Source of the DNA: an uncultured Candidatus Saccharibacteria bacterium
GTDB lineage: Bacteria; Patescibacteriota; UBA1384; DTJR01
Length of the DNA: 64,000 bases
Direction of reading: 5' to 3'
NCBI GenBank assembly: GCA_964487045.1
Contig: CAZAOT010000003.1
Location: 136,983 to 200,982 of the forward strand
In this document: positions 50,566-59,954 of the stretch, piece after piece
Numbering within the stretch: position 1 is the first letter of the stretch
How the letters are laid out: every line of letters starts with the position of its first letter
Notes under the pieces: model-generated
The model's input: the letters and a program-made list of their open reading frames with translations, nothing else
Database searches by the model: none
What the model was told of the DNA's origin: nothing
Made by a program: the position numbers and the translations under genes

Positions 50566-50895
50566 TTAGCGCCAGGCGCTGGGATTGTTGTGAAGCCGGG
50601 TTGCTCGCTGCAGAATCATGTTGTAGACGAACGCTCGACACTTGGGGTTCTTGGCGATGGTGGCGTGGTAGCGAGCCATGAAGCTCTCGACAATCTCCCA
50701 GACCAGAGCATCGTGCTCACCGACATCATCAACTTGGCAGTCGGGGCACCCACCATCGAGCTCCTCATCGAGAAGCCTGGCGATGCCATCCAGGAGACTA
50801 TCGGCGATGGTAGTTGCTTCAGGCGAGGGTGTCCCACCATGCATCCTCATGGTGAGGTCGAGCAGTTTGGCGGCAGCTTCACTCATAGTTACCAT
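50566..50895 (-). CDS. hypothetical protein encoded in a GC-rich insertion
   Basis: 109-aa ORF in a roughly 400-bp segment of about 58% GC. The overlapping ORFs on other frames are typical high-GC shadows. It has its own terminator. Confidence 0.5.
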   Translation of the reverse strand: MVTMSEAAAKLLDLTMRMHGGTPSPEATTIADSLLDGIARLLDEELDGGCPDCQVDDVGEHDALVWEIVESFMARYHATIAKNPKCRAFVYNMILQRATRLHNNPSAWR

Positions 50896-51138
50896 CTCCC
50901 TGGTGGTCTAGAGAACTATGCGAGAATTTTATACTTCAAGCTGCGTAAAGTCAAGATGTGATATTTTATTATTGTAAAAAACCCCTATTTTGGTAAATTG
51001 ATAATAGGAGAAAATTAAGTAGTCCCAGCAACAAATTATCGAATGCTTCACGTCGAATGTTGATATTTATTAACTGATTGAATATTCGCCGAGTACCACC
51101 TCGGCAAAGCATTCGTGTTACGCTTCGGAAATTGTTGC

Positions 51139-51192
51139 GGGACTTCCGGAATTGCTTTCGTCGAGGAGCGCAATTCACGGAGCGGAGGAATT
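51139..51192 (+). promoter_or_regulatory. conserved structured leader element (copy 2, core only), upstream of frr
   Basis: GGGACTTCCGGAATTGCTTTCGTCGAGGAGCGCAATTCACGGAGCGGAGGAATT immediately precedes the ATG. Confidence 0.6.
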
Positions 51193-51750
51193 ATGTATCA
51201 AACAGAAATGAAAATCATGAAACAGAAGTTTGAGCAGGTTATTGAAAAAATCAGAGAAGACTTCAAGGGAATTAGAACTGGGCGGGCTTCGAGTGGCTTG
51301 GTGGAGAATATTTCCGTGACCTATTATGGGCAGACCACTCCTCTAAAACAGATGGCGAATATTACCACACCTGATGCTGCTCTTATTGTTATCCAGCCTT
51401 GGGACAAAAATTCGCTTGGCGATATTGAGCTTGCGATCAGAAATTCAGACCTAAATTTGTCACCAACCAATGACGGCAATGTTGTAAGAATTAGTCTTCC
51501 TCCTATGACCGAAGAAAGAAGGTTGGAATTGATTAGAAGCATTTCTAAAAAGGGTGAAGAAGCTAGAATTGCGCTTCGAAATGTCAGGCAAGACGCATGG
51601 GAATCTATTCAGAAAATGCAAAAAGAAGGAAGTATTACTGAAGATGATAAATATTCGGCTGAAGAGGAGATCAATAAGATAATTTCTGAATTCAACAAAA
51701 AAATTGAAGAAGCGCTCAAAGAAAAAGAATCTGAGATTAAATCAATCTAA
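51193..51750 (+). CDS. frr: ribosome recycling factor
   Basis: RRF fold with ...EDFKGIRTGRAS... The start is taken at the ATG that follows the conserved leader. Confidence 0.9.
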   Translation: MYQTEMKIMKQKFEQVIEKIREDFKGIRTGRASSGLVENISVTYYGQTTPLKQMANITTPDAALIVIQPWDKNSLGDIELAIRNSDLNLSPTNDGNVVRISLPPMTEERRLELIRSISKKGEEARIALRNVRQDAWESIQKMQKEGSITEDDKYSAEEEINKIISEFNKKIEEALKEKESEIKSI

Positions 51751-52802
51751 TGTTTATTATTACTCTCATCGCATTTCTGATCATACTTGGTCTGTTGATA
51801 TTTGTTCATGAGGCTGGGCATTTTATCGCTGCTAAATTATCAGGTGTAAAAGTTGAAGAATTTGCTTTTGGATTTCCTCCAAGGCTTGTTTGCAAGAAAC
51901 GTGGCGATACGAACTACTGTATCAACCTCTTTCCTGTTGGTGGTTATGTTAAGATGCTTGGGGAGGACGAGGATAGTGAATCACCCCGATCATTTTCTAA
52001 GAAAAAAGCCCGCTTCAGATTAATTATTATTGTTGCGGGTGTAATCATGAACTTCATCCTGGGAGGGATTTTGCTTTCTATTGGTTATGGAATTGGCATG
52101 TCCCCGATCTCAGTTCCCGATAGTCAGTTCTCAGGAGGGAAGACCAACCAAGTCGTAATCGCTGGGGTAAATAAAAATTCTCCAGCAGAACTTGCCGATC
52201 TGAAGCCTGGAGACATTGTTCAGGGATTTGTGGATATAGAAGAATTTGCTTCTTATACAAAAGCAAATTTAAATAATAAAATTACTTTATCGATCGATAG
52301 AGGCGGTAAGCAAATTGAAAAAAATATTAGTGTTTCAAGTGATGCGAGTGCACCGATTGGGGTTGGCTTAGTCAATGTAGCAAAGGTTAAGTTATCATTT
52401 TTTGCCGCGATCTACTTTGGTTTTAAAGACATGGTTTTGACGAGTAAGAATATCGTTGTTGCTTTGTATCTGATCGTAGTGGGTCTGTTTACTACTGGAA
52501 AAGTTGGCGAAGCTGTTTCTGGGCCGGTTGGAATATTCAACATCACTGGCCAGGCGGTAAAGCTTGGTTTTATCTATATTCTGCAATTGGCAGCGCTTTT
52601 GTCCATTAATCTCGGTATAATAAACTTAGTACCTTTTCCTGGTCTAGACGGCTCAAGAGCCTTGATAGTTTTCTTAGAGGGAGTGTTCAGGAAAAAGGTA
52701 ATTAAGAGTGAAGTCGAGTCGTATCTTCATATGATCGGCTTCATCATACTGATCCTTCTGATAGTTCTGATAACATTTAAGGACATAATTGCGTTAATTT
52801 AA
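51750..52802 (+). CDS. rseP: RIP metalloprotease RseP (site-2 protease, M50)
   Basis: HEAGHFIAAK (HExxH), an internal PDZ domain and a polytopic membrane topology. Confidence 0.85.
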   Translation: MFIITLIAFLIILGLLIFVHEAGHFIAAKLSGVKVEEFAFGFPPRLVCKKRGDTNYCINLFPVGGYVKMLGEDEDSESPRSFSKKKARFRLIIIVAGVIMNFILGGILLSIGYGIGMSPISVPDSQFSGGKTNQVVIAGVNKNSPAELADLKPGDIVQGFVDIEEFASYTKANLNNKITLSIDRGGKQIEKNISVSSDASAPIGVGLVNVAKVKLSFFAAIYFGFKDMVLTSKNIVVALYLIVVGLFTTGKVGEAVSGPVGIFNITGQAVKLGFIYILQLAALLSINLGIINLVPFPGLDGSRALIVFLEGVFRKKVIKSEVESYLHMIGFIILILLIVLITFKDIIALI

Positions 52803-52818
52803 GGAAAGCGGAGGGGAG

Positions 52819-53622
52819 TTGGGGAAAGCTCTAATAGTTGGTAACTGGAAGATGAATCTTACCTTATCGGACTCGTTGGTATTGACTAAATCGATATATA
52901 AAAATACATCTTTGTATAAAAATATTGAAGTTGCTCTTGCACCTGCGTCGATATTTATATTTCCAATTGCTCAGAATTTGCGCGGTAAAAGAGAAAATTT
53001 TAGCCTAGCCTGTCAAAATGTCATGTATGAAAATAGCGGCGAGTTCACTGGTGAAATTTCTCCCCTGATGGTTAAAAATCTTTGCTCATATGTGATTATC
53101 GGTCATAGCGAGCGGCGAAAATATTTCAATGAAAATGCTTCAGTTATAAATGCGAAACTTAAAGCAACACTTAAAAATAATCTCAAAGCAATTGTTTGTG
53201 TTGGTGAGCAAGAGCGTTATCATCTCGAGGATCATTTTGACTATGAGGTGAAAAGGATGCAAAAGAAAGGCGGCATCCTCGCCGATTTAGAAGAAATTTT
53301 TAGCTCGATTGATAAAAATGATTTTAAAAATATTACGATTGCATATGAGCCGGTTTGGGCGATTGGCACTTCCAATGCTTCTTCCGGAGCTTATAGCGCC
53401 TCCATTTCCTATATCATTAAAAGTCACTTAAAAGAGAGATTTTCAGATTCGGCTGAGACAATTAAAATCCTCTATGGTGGTTCGGTAAATAAGGCCAATG
53501 CGGCAGAATTTCTAATTCAGCCTAATATTGATGGCTTGCTGGTTGGCGGCGCAAGTTTGAAGGCGAGTGAATTTAGTACCATATGCAAGGTTGCAAGCCA
53601 GCTTAAAAAAGATATAACTTAA
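52819..53622 (+). CDS. tpiA: triosephosphate isomerase
   Basis: N-terminus LIVGNWKMN and catalytic AYEPVWAIGT. It has a TTG start. Confidence 0.9.
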   Translation: MGKALIVGNWKMNLTLSDSLVLTKSIYKNTSLYKNIEVALAPASIFIFPIAQNLRGKRENFSLACQNVMYENSGEFTGEISPLMVKNLCSYVIIGHSERRKYFNENASVINAKLKATLKNNLKAIVCVGEQERYHLEDHFDYEVKRMQKKGGILADLEEIFSSIDKNDFKNITIAYEPVWAIGTSNASSGAYSASISYIIKSHLKERFSDSAETIKILYGGSVNKANAAEFLIQPNIDGLLVGGASLKASEFSTICKVASQLKKDIT

Positions 53623-53625
53623 ATC

Positions 53626-54744
53626 ATGGATAATTTTCGAAGAATACTCAGGGTTCCTCCGCACAAAACGCTTCGTCGAGTAGATTTTCGCGGCAAGAGG
53701 GTTCTCGTTAGGGTGGATCTAAATGTACCAGTTGAAAATGGAGTGATTCAGGATCCTCGTCGGATTGAAGCAGCAATCCCTACAATTAAAAAAATCATCG
53801 AACGGGGTGCTGAGGAAGTTAATATCATTACTCATTTTGGCAGACCTCAAGGATCAGATAAGGAATTCTCAACAGAAAAATTAGCTAACGCCCTCGGGAT
53901 TTTACTTCGTGCCAGAGATAAGGCCCAGAGGCAAACTACAGATCTAAATTCCCCTGCTTTGAAAACTTTTTACCGCATTACCCAAAATATTAATTTATTT
54001 GAAAACCTACGTTTTGATCCAGGTGAAGAAAAAAATTCCAAAGATTTTGCTAAAGAACTTTCCTCGCTCGGTGATGTTTTTGTACAGGATGCTTTCGCCA
54101 ATATTCATCGCGAACATGCTTCGATGATGGCGATTTGCGATGAACTGCCAATTTTTGTTGGACTGCTGGTCGAGCGTGAGATCAACTCACTATTTAAGAT
54201 TTTATATAATCCCGAGCATCCATTCGTAGCAATTATCGGTGGAGCTAAAATAGAAGATAAACTTGGTGTTATCACTTCACTTTCCGCAAAGGCTGATGCG
54301 GTGCTGGTTGGCGGAATGACTGCGAACGAGTGGGTGATGGACAAACATCCTGTTTCAAAAAACATTTATCTCCCAAGTGATGGAGTAAATAAAAACGGAG
54401 CAATTGTTCCGATAAATCCTGAAACTGCACGTGAGGGAGTGTTTGATATCGGCCCTGAGACAATCATGCTTTATAAAAGCATTCTCTCTTCGGCTAAAAC
54501 CATCTTTTGGAATGGTAACCTGGGTATGACTGAAAATAGAAAATTTGTTCATGGTACAAATGAGATTGCGAGATATCTTTGTAAATTAAAGGCGGAGAAG
54601 GTTGCTTCTGGCGGCAATACAGCCGAAGCAATTCACGAGTTAAATTTGGAAACGATGTTTGATTTTATATCAACTGGTGGAGGGGCAACTTCTGATCTTA
54701 TCGCGGGCAGAAAAATGCCGGTGATTGATAAGTTGCTTTCATAA
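53626..54744 (+). CDS. pgk: phosphoglycerate kinase
   Basis: RVDLNVP N-terminal motif and a two-domain PGK layout. Confidence 0.9.
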   Translation: MDNFRRILRVPPHKTLRRVDFRGKRVLVRVDLNVPVENGVIQDPRRIEAAIPTIKKIIERGAEEVNIITHFGRPQGSDKEFSTEKLANALGILLRARDKAQRQTTDLNSPALKTFYRITQNINLFENLRFDPGEEKNSKDFAKELSSLGDVFVQDAFANIHREHASMMAICDELPIFVGLLVEREINSLFKILYNPEHPFVAIIGGAKIEDKLGVITSLSAKADAVLVGGMTANEWVMDKHPVSKNIYLPSDGVNKNGAIVPINPETAREGVFDIGPETIMLYKSILSSAKTIFWNGNLGMTENRKFVHGTNEIARYLCKLKAEKVASGGNTAEAIHELNLETMFDFISTGGGATSDLIAGRKMPVIDKLLS

Positions 54745-55576
54745 AATGAGTCTCAAAAACATTTTGCAAGAAGCATACAAGGATCATTTTGCGATTGGTG
54801 GATTTAATTTTTTCAATTACGAGTCGGCGTTAGCTGTGGCTCGGGCTGCTAAAAATCAAAAAAAACCAGCGATAATGATGGTCAGCGAAAAGTCTATTGA
54901 ATATTACGGACTTGATAATCTTATTTTTGCTTTCAACAAGGTCAAGAAAATTACTGAAGCGGAAGTATTTTTGCATTTAGATCATGGGAGCGACTTGGCG
55001 CTGATCCGCGAGGCCATCCGCGAAGGCTTTGACTCGGTAATGTTTGATGGATCTTCGCTTCCACTTGACCAAAATATAGAGCTATCGAAGGAGCTTAGAA
55101 AAGAAGCTCATAAAAAAAGTGTAGTTTTTGAAGCGGAGATAGGCCATATTGGTGGGCAAGAGGATTTTGTAAAAAGTGAAAATTTTAAGACGAATCCAGC
55201 TGAAGCACTGATGTTTTATGAAAAGGTTTTGCCTGACACTCTGGCAGTAGCGATCGGTAATGTTCACGGAGTCAGGACGACAGACGAGCAACTCGACTTT
55301 TCGCTGCTTGCCAAAATTCAAGATACGATCAAATCACCAATCGTTCTGCATGGCTGTTCCAACCGATCAATCAGAGAATATCAAGTTGCTATTTCAGAAG
55401 GGGTGGTAAAAATAAATATTGATACAGAGCTCAGGCAGGCGTTTGTCGAAGGTATAAAACATGCAACCAAAAAAGAGACTGACCCTCGGGAAATTTTAAA
55501 CATTGCGAGCGAATTTATTACCAAAAGAACTGAAGAAAAGATAGAACTATTTTCAAAAGGGTGCTGTTCTAGGTAG
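54725..55576 (+). CDS. fba: class II fructose-bisphosphate aldolase
   Basis: AIGGFNFFNYES...HLDHG motifs of class II (zinc) aldolases. Confidence 0.85.
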   Translation: MISCFHKMSLKNILQEAYKDHFAIGGFNFFNYESALAVARAAKNQKKPAIMMVSEKSIEYYGLDNLIFAFNKVKKITEAEVFLHLDHGSDLALIREAIREGFDSVMFDGSSLPLDQNIELSKELRKEAHKKSVVFEAEIGHIGGQEDFVKSENFKTNPAEALMFYEKVLPDTLAVAIGNVHGVRTTDEQLDFSLLAKIQDTIKSPIVLHGCSNRSIREYQVAISEGVVKINIDTELRQAFVEGIKHATKKETDPREILNIASEFITKRTEEKIELFSKGCCSR

Positions 55577-55640
55577 GGGATTAGCTTTTCTACGATTGAA
55601 ATTGGGAGGGGTTTCTGTTATATTCCAAAAGTAAATTAAT

Positions 55641-55765
55641 ATCCCAGTCACTTTTCACCCTCTCGCAATATTCTTAATTTAAGAAATTTGCGAATATGGA
55701 TCAAAGTGACGGGACTTCCGGAATTGCTTCCTGCCTTGGAGCGCAATTCACGGAGCGGGAGCATT
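55641..55765 (+). promoter_or_regulatory. conserved structured leader element (copy 3), upstream of tig
   Basis: Near-identical to copy 1, but lacks the 28-nt insertion that copy 1 carries. It ends at the tig ATG. Confidence 0.6.
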
Positions 55766-56962
55766 ATGCAAACAGAGAAAAAGCAAATTTCAAAAAACAG
55801 AGTCAAAATATCCATTACTGTACCAGCTTCAAAGATCGAAGAATATTTTGAATCACATTACAATAGAATGGCCGAGTCAGTTACTTTACCAGGTTTCAGA
55901 CCAGGAAAAGCTCCGAGAGTAATGACGATTGAAGCTATCGGGCAGGCCAGGCTTGCCAACATGACACTCGAGCAAGCAATTGATGAAGCCTACCGCGATG
56001 CCTTGGCTGAGCACAAGACTTATCCTGTTACTCCACCAGCCGTTTCGATCAGCAAGCACCCAAAGCTTGATGGTAATGGCGAAGAAAATGATCTAGTTTT
56101 TGAAGTCGAATTTGATATTTTGCCAGAGGCTAAAATCGGCGATTATAAAAAAGTTAAGCTTCCAAAATCTGAAACCTCAACTGAAGTAACCGATGAAGAA
56201 GTTGAAAAAGTTGTTGATTATCTCAGACGTCAAGCAGCCGAATTAAAAGATCTTGATCGAGAAGCTAAGTCGGGCGACTGGGCTGACATCTCATTTGAAG
56301 GAAGTATTAAGGGTGTTGTAAAAGAAAAATTGACCAGCCCGTCACTTCCAATGGTCATCGGCGAAACTAAGATGATTCCTGGATTTGAAGAGGAAATTAT
56401 TGGTATGAAGAAGGGCGAAGAAAAAGAATTTGAGCTTAGTTTCCCGAAAGATTTTCCTGATAAGGAATTCGCTGGTGAAAAAGTTAAATTCAAGGTTAGC
56501 CTTAAGGAAATTAAGGAAATCAAACTACCAAAAGTTGACGGCGAATTTCTATCACGCTTTGGCCTAAAGAGCGAAAAAGAATTTAAGGGCAACGTCAAAA
56601 AAGGCCTAGAAGACGAGAAAAAAGAGCAGGTAAGACAGGAGCGAGTGAGCGCTCTTAGCGAGCAACTGATCAAGATGATAAAAGTTGAAATTCCAAAGAG
56701 CTTGATCGAAAACGAATCAGCTAGAATGAAGAATATGCTTATTTCAGATCTCTCAAACAAGCAGATGACGCTAGATCAGTATATTGAGAGTTTAAAAATC
56801 ACTCAAAAGAAATTCGATGAAGATTTGATCGAACAAGCTAAGCGAAATATTATGCTTGGTGTTGCGGTTGGAGAGATTGCCAAGAAAGAAAACATCGAGA
56901 TCAACTCTCAGGAAGGTACTCGAAGAGTATTCGATTATCTTATCGAACTAGCTACTAAGTAA
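55766..56962 (+). CDS. tig: trigger factor
   Basis: MQTEKKQISKNRVKISITVPA N-terminus, a PPIase middle domain and a C-terminal arm. The start is taken at the ATG after the leader. Confidence 0.9.
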   Translation: MQTEKKQISKNRVKISITVPASKIEEYFESHYNRMAESVTLPGFRPGKAPRVMTIEAIGQARLANMTLEQAIDEAYRDALAEHKTYPVTPPAVSISKHPKLDGNGEENDLVFEVEFDILPEAKIGDYKKVKLPKSETSTEVTDEEVEKVVDYLRRQAAELKDLDREAKSGDWADISFEGSIKGVVKEKLTSPSLPMVIGETKMIPGFEEEIIGMKKGEEKEFELSFPKDFPDKEFAGEKVKFKVSLKEIKEIKLPKVDGEFLSRFGLKSEKEFKGNVKKGLEDEKKEQVRQERVSALSEQLIKMIKVEIPKSLIENESARMKNMLISDLSNKQMTLDQYIESLKITQKKFDEDLIEQAKRNIMLGVAVGEIAKKENIEINSQEGTRRVFDYLIELATK

Positions 56963-57886
56963 TTAGAACTTAATCTTAAAATTTCCTAAGCCGGTCTCGA
57001 AAATACGAACCGATCTTCCCGAGTATTTTTCAGGAGAGAATTTATAGATTCCTGGACTCATCAAAATTATAATCGTGCCAGTTTTTGATGTCGTGATTTT
57101 TTTGAGTGGTTCTCGATTGCGTCCAAAAACTTCAATTATCTCGTTTTTGAGAAGACGATTCTTAAAGCTGCGAGTTTCGATAAATCTTGTCAGGCGATAA
57201 TATCTCCAGAGTAAATATCCACTTGCGCTAGTAAGTAGCAAAACAACTAGCTGAATTGCCAATTCTAATTCAAGAAAATTAAGAAAATACACCGACAAGC
57301 TAGATATAAATAATATTAAAGTGAGAGTAAGTATCACGTAGGCTAAATTACCCAATCCTCTTGCCTCTATCACATCTTCGCTCGCCTTAAGCTGTAGATC
57401 AAAATCTAATTTTTCTTTGCCGACTTCGAACTCATCAGTAGAAGCTGAAATATATCCGAATCTGCTAAGTGTGATTGAGTATTTGCCTTGAGTGAGTTTT
57501 ACTCCAAACCGACTGGTCCAGGGATAAACAATTTTGTTTATCTTTTCGCCCTGGTAAATAGTGCATTTAGTGAATCCGAGTGGTCTTCCGAGCTGATCTT
57601 CGATATTGAAAAGAATATTTTTTTTCTTAAAATCTAATTTGGGTTTTAGAAAATTTAACCTAAGGTCAGGGGATTTTTTGTAAATAAAATAAAAAAACAA
57701 ATTTATTAGTCCGACGAGCAGGGCATAACTAAGCAAAAAAATTAACAAAATTTTAACATTTTGCATCTGGTCAGCGCTTGATTGTAGGGTTTTGAGCTGA
57801 TCTGATGGTGCAACTAATAAAGAATACATAAGCTCATTATAGCTTATTATCACGTTGGTTCTAAGATTTGATAAAATTATAATCAA
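56963..57886 (-). CDS. polytopic membrane protein, hypothetical
   Basis: 307 aa with several hydrophobic helices. It is convergent with tig. Confidence 0.45.
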   Translation of the reverse strand: MIIILSNLRTNVIISYNELMYSLLVAPSDQLKTLQSSADQMQNVKILLIFLLSYALLVGLINLFFYFIYKKSPDLRLNFLKPKLDFKKKNILFNIEDQLGRPLGFTKCTIYQGEKINKIVYPWTSRFGVKLTQGKYSITLSRFGYISASTDEFEVGKEKLDFDLQLKASEDVIEARGLGNLAYVILTLTLILFISSLSVYFLNFLELELAIQLVVLLLTSASGYLLWRYYRLTRFIETRSFKNRLLKNEIIEVFGRNREPLKKITTSKTGTIIILMSPGIYKFSPEKYSGRSVRIFETGLGNFKIKF

Positions 57887-57965
57887 CCTATCGTTAGCAG
57901 CTAGATGGGTACTCTATCGTTCATGGCTGTTTTGGGCAGTCTTAGCAGACTGCCTGTTCTGTGTC

Positions 57966-58115
57966 TTGATTAATTTTTATAAATATGCTAATATTGGGCC
58001 AGCAGGTTATCTTGGCACCCCGCCACGGATGACTGCATTCGGAACCCTCCCTTAGACGCATAGGGCGTCGCACATGCCCGGGGCGGTGCCAGACTGGCCG
58101 CCCTTCTTTTTTTTG
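57966..58115 (+). ncRNA. candidate small RNA with its own promoter and intrinsic terminator (unidentified)
   Basis: TTGATT -35 (57966-71), a 17-nt spacer and TAATAT -10 (57989-94). A roughly 110-nt GC-rich transcript follows, ending in the hairpin GGGCGG...CCGCCC plus T9 (58079-58114). The 5' end (GCCAG...GGCACCCCGCC) can pair with the 3' end (GGGGCGGUGCCAGACUGGC). Confidence 0.4.
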
Positions 58116-58179
58116 TGTCAAGTAGACTTGACTATGGGGTGGGTTTAGTGGTTAAATCGAAACACTAACAAAGGAGCAT

Positions 58180-58755
58180 ATGAGTTATTTAGTTCCAACC
58201 GTCATTGAGAAGTCTCAGTTCGGTGAGCGTGCCTATGATATTTATTCGCGACTTCTTAAGGAAAGAATAATTTTCTTGGGTGGCCCGATAGATGATGTAG
58301 TTGCCAATCTTATAATTGCTCAACTGCTTTTTTTGCAAAGTGAATCTGACAAAGAAGATATAAAATTTTACATCAACTCCCCTGGTGGTTCGGTGACTGC
58401 AACACTTGCAATTTACGACACTATGAAGCACGTCAAGTGCGATGTCTCGACTGTCTGTATTGGTCAAGCGGCTTCGGGTGGAGCGGTGCTTCTCGCTGGT
58501 GGGGAAAAAGGCAAAAGATTTGCCCTTAAAAATTCTCGAGTGATGATTCACCAGCCCCTTGGTGGAGTAGAGGGCCAGGCGACTGATATATTGATTCACG
58601 CTGAAGAAATTATAAAAATTAAAGATCGCTTAAATGAAATCCTATCTGAGGAAACCGGTAAGACGAAGAAGATAGTCGAAGCTGATACGGAGCGCGATCG
58701 CTTCATGACTTCCGACGAAGCTAAAAAATATGGACTAATTGACAAGGTAATATAA
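58180..58755 (+). CDS. clpP: ATP-dependent Clp protease proteolytic subunit
   Basis: 191 aa with a catalytic Ser region [14 protein letters not shown] and His MIHQP. Confidence 0.95.
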   Translation: MSYLVPTVIEKSQFGERAYDIYSRLLKERIIFLGGPIDDVVANLIIAQLLFLQSESDKEDIKFYINSPGGSVTATLAIYDTMKHVKCDVSTVCIGQAASGGAVLLAGGEKGKRFALKNSRVMIHQPLGGVEGQATDILIHAEEIIKIKDRLNEILSEETGKTKKIVEADTERDRFMTSDEAKKYGLIDKVI

Positions 58756-59831
58756 TGGCAATTGATCCAAGAACAACCAAACTAGCAAAATTAGTAGTAA
58801 ATTATTTTTTGCGTGTTAAGCACGACACTAATGTTGTGATTTCCGGCTCGACGGAGGCAAGTGATTTTATCCGGGCGCTCTATAAAGAAGTGCTTGAAGC
58901 TGGTGCTCATCCAATTCCAAGAGTTTCGCTTCCTGGGCTAGGGTCAATTTTCTACAAATACGCCAAAGAGCACCACATCAAAAATTTTCCGAAAATTTTT
59001 GACTATACCGCTAAGAATGTTCAGTACTATATCGGAATTTCTACCGAGTCAAACACTAGAGAGATGACTTCAGTCGATCCAAAAAAACTTTCGCAAAGAG
59101 AAGCAGTAGTAAGGCCGATTACTAATTATATTGTTAATGAACGTGCCAAGATAAGACGCAGCACCGTTGGTTATCCTTGCGTCGCATTGGCGCAAGAGGC
59201 TGAGATGTCACTCGACGAATACGAAGATTTTGTCTTTGATGCAGTGCTTCAGGACTGGGAAAAATTAGGCAAAAAAATGTCGAGCGTACTTAAGGCTTTC
59301 AGGAAAGGCAAACATGTTCATCTGCTAGGGCATAATGTTGATCTTCAGTTTGATATTCATGGTGATAAAGCCAGTGATGATCTTGAGGGAGATAATATTC
59401 CTTGCGGAGAGATTTTTATGGCGCCAGTGAGAGAAAGCCTAGAGGGATTTATAAAATTTGATTATCCAGCGATCGAGGCAGGCAAGGAAGTAACTGATAT
59501 TTTCTTAGAGTTCAAAAAAGGAAAAGTCGTCAAATACGATGCCACTAAGCACAAAGATTTCTTGAAGGAAATGCTAGAAACTGACAAGAATTCTTCATAT
59601 GTCGGCGAGTTTGGGATTGGCATGAATCCAAAAGTTACAAAATTTACCAAAAATTTACTTTTTGACGAGAAGATCGGTGGCACTATTCACCTGGCACTTG
59701 GTATGGCCTACAAAGAAAATGGTGGGGGAAATGATTCGGCGATTCACTGGGATATTGTAAAGGACATGAAAAAAGCTCAAATTATCCTGGATGGAAAAGT
59801 AGTTCAAGACAAAGGTAAGTGGCTGATCTAA
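58755..59831 (+). CDS. M29-family aminopeptidase (AmpS/PepS-like)
   Basis: 358 aa. N-terminal LAKLVVNYFLRVK and C-terminal IHLALG...AIHWDIV are typical of thermophilic metalloprotease M29. Confidence 0.75.
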   Translation: MAIDPRTTKLAKLVVNYFLRVKHDTNVVISGSTEASDFIRALYKEVLEAGAHPIPRVSLPGLGSIFYKYAKEHHIKNFPKIFDYTAKNVQYYIGISTESNTREMTSVDPKKLSQREAVVRPITNYIVNERAKIRRSTVGYPCVALAQEAEMSLDEYEDFVFDAVLQDWEKLGKKMSSVLKAFRKGKHVHLLGHNVDLQFDIHGDKASDDLEGDNIPCGEIFMAPVRESLEGFIKFDYPAIEAGKEVTDIFLEFKKGKVVKYDATKHKDFLKEMLETDKNSSYVGEFGIGMNPKVTKFTKNLLFDEKIGGTIHLALGMAYKENGGGNDSAIHWDIVKDMKKAQIILDGKVVQDKGKWLI

Positions 59832-59954
59832 TAGCCTAAATTAGCGGTAAGACACTTGATCTATAAGGGGAAAAATGCTACATTTCGCACATAAGCGGGA
59901 GGGTATTTCCGTTTATGTTTTTGTTGAAAACTAGGCAAGGGAGGAGGTAAGCCT

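Noticed and set aside
50590-50961. Plus-strand 123-aa ORF and other overlapping frames in the pyrH-frr insertion
   Set aside because: These are shadow ORFs typical of high-GC DNA. The minus-strand 109-aa frame has the terminator and the most protein-like sequence.
57855-58055. 66-aa ORF upstream of clpP
   Set aside because: It overlaps the predicted promoter and the 5' part of the candidate small RNA and has a low-complexity hydrophobic composition. The region is more likely noncoding RNA.
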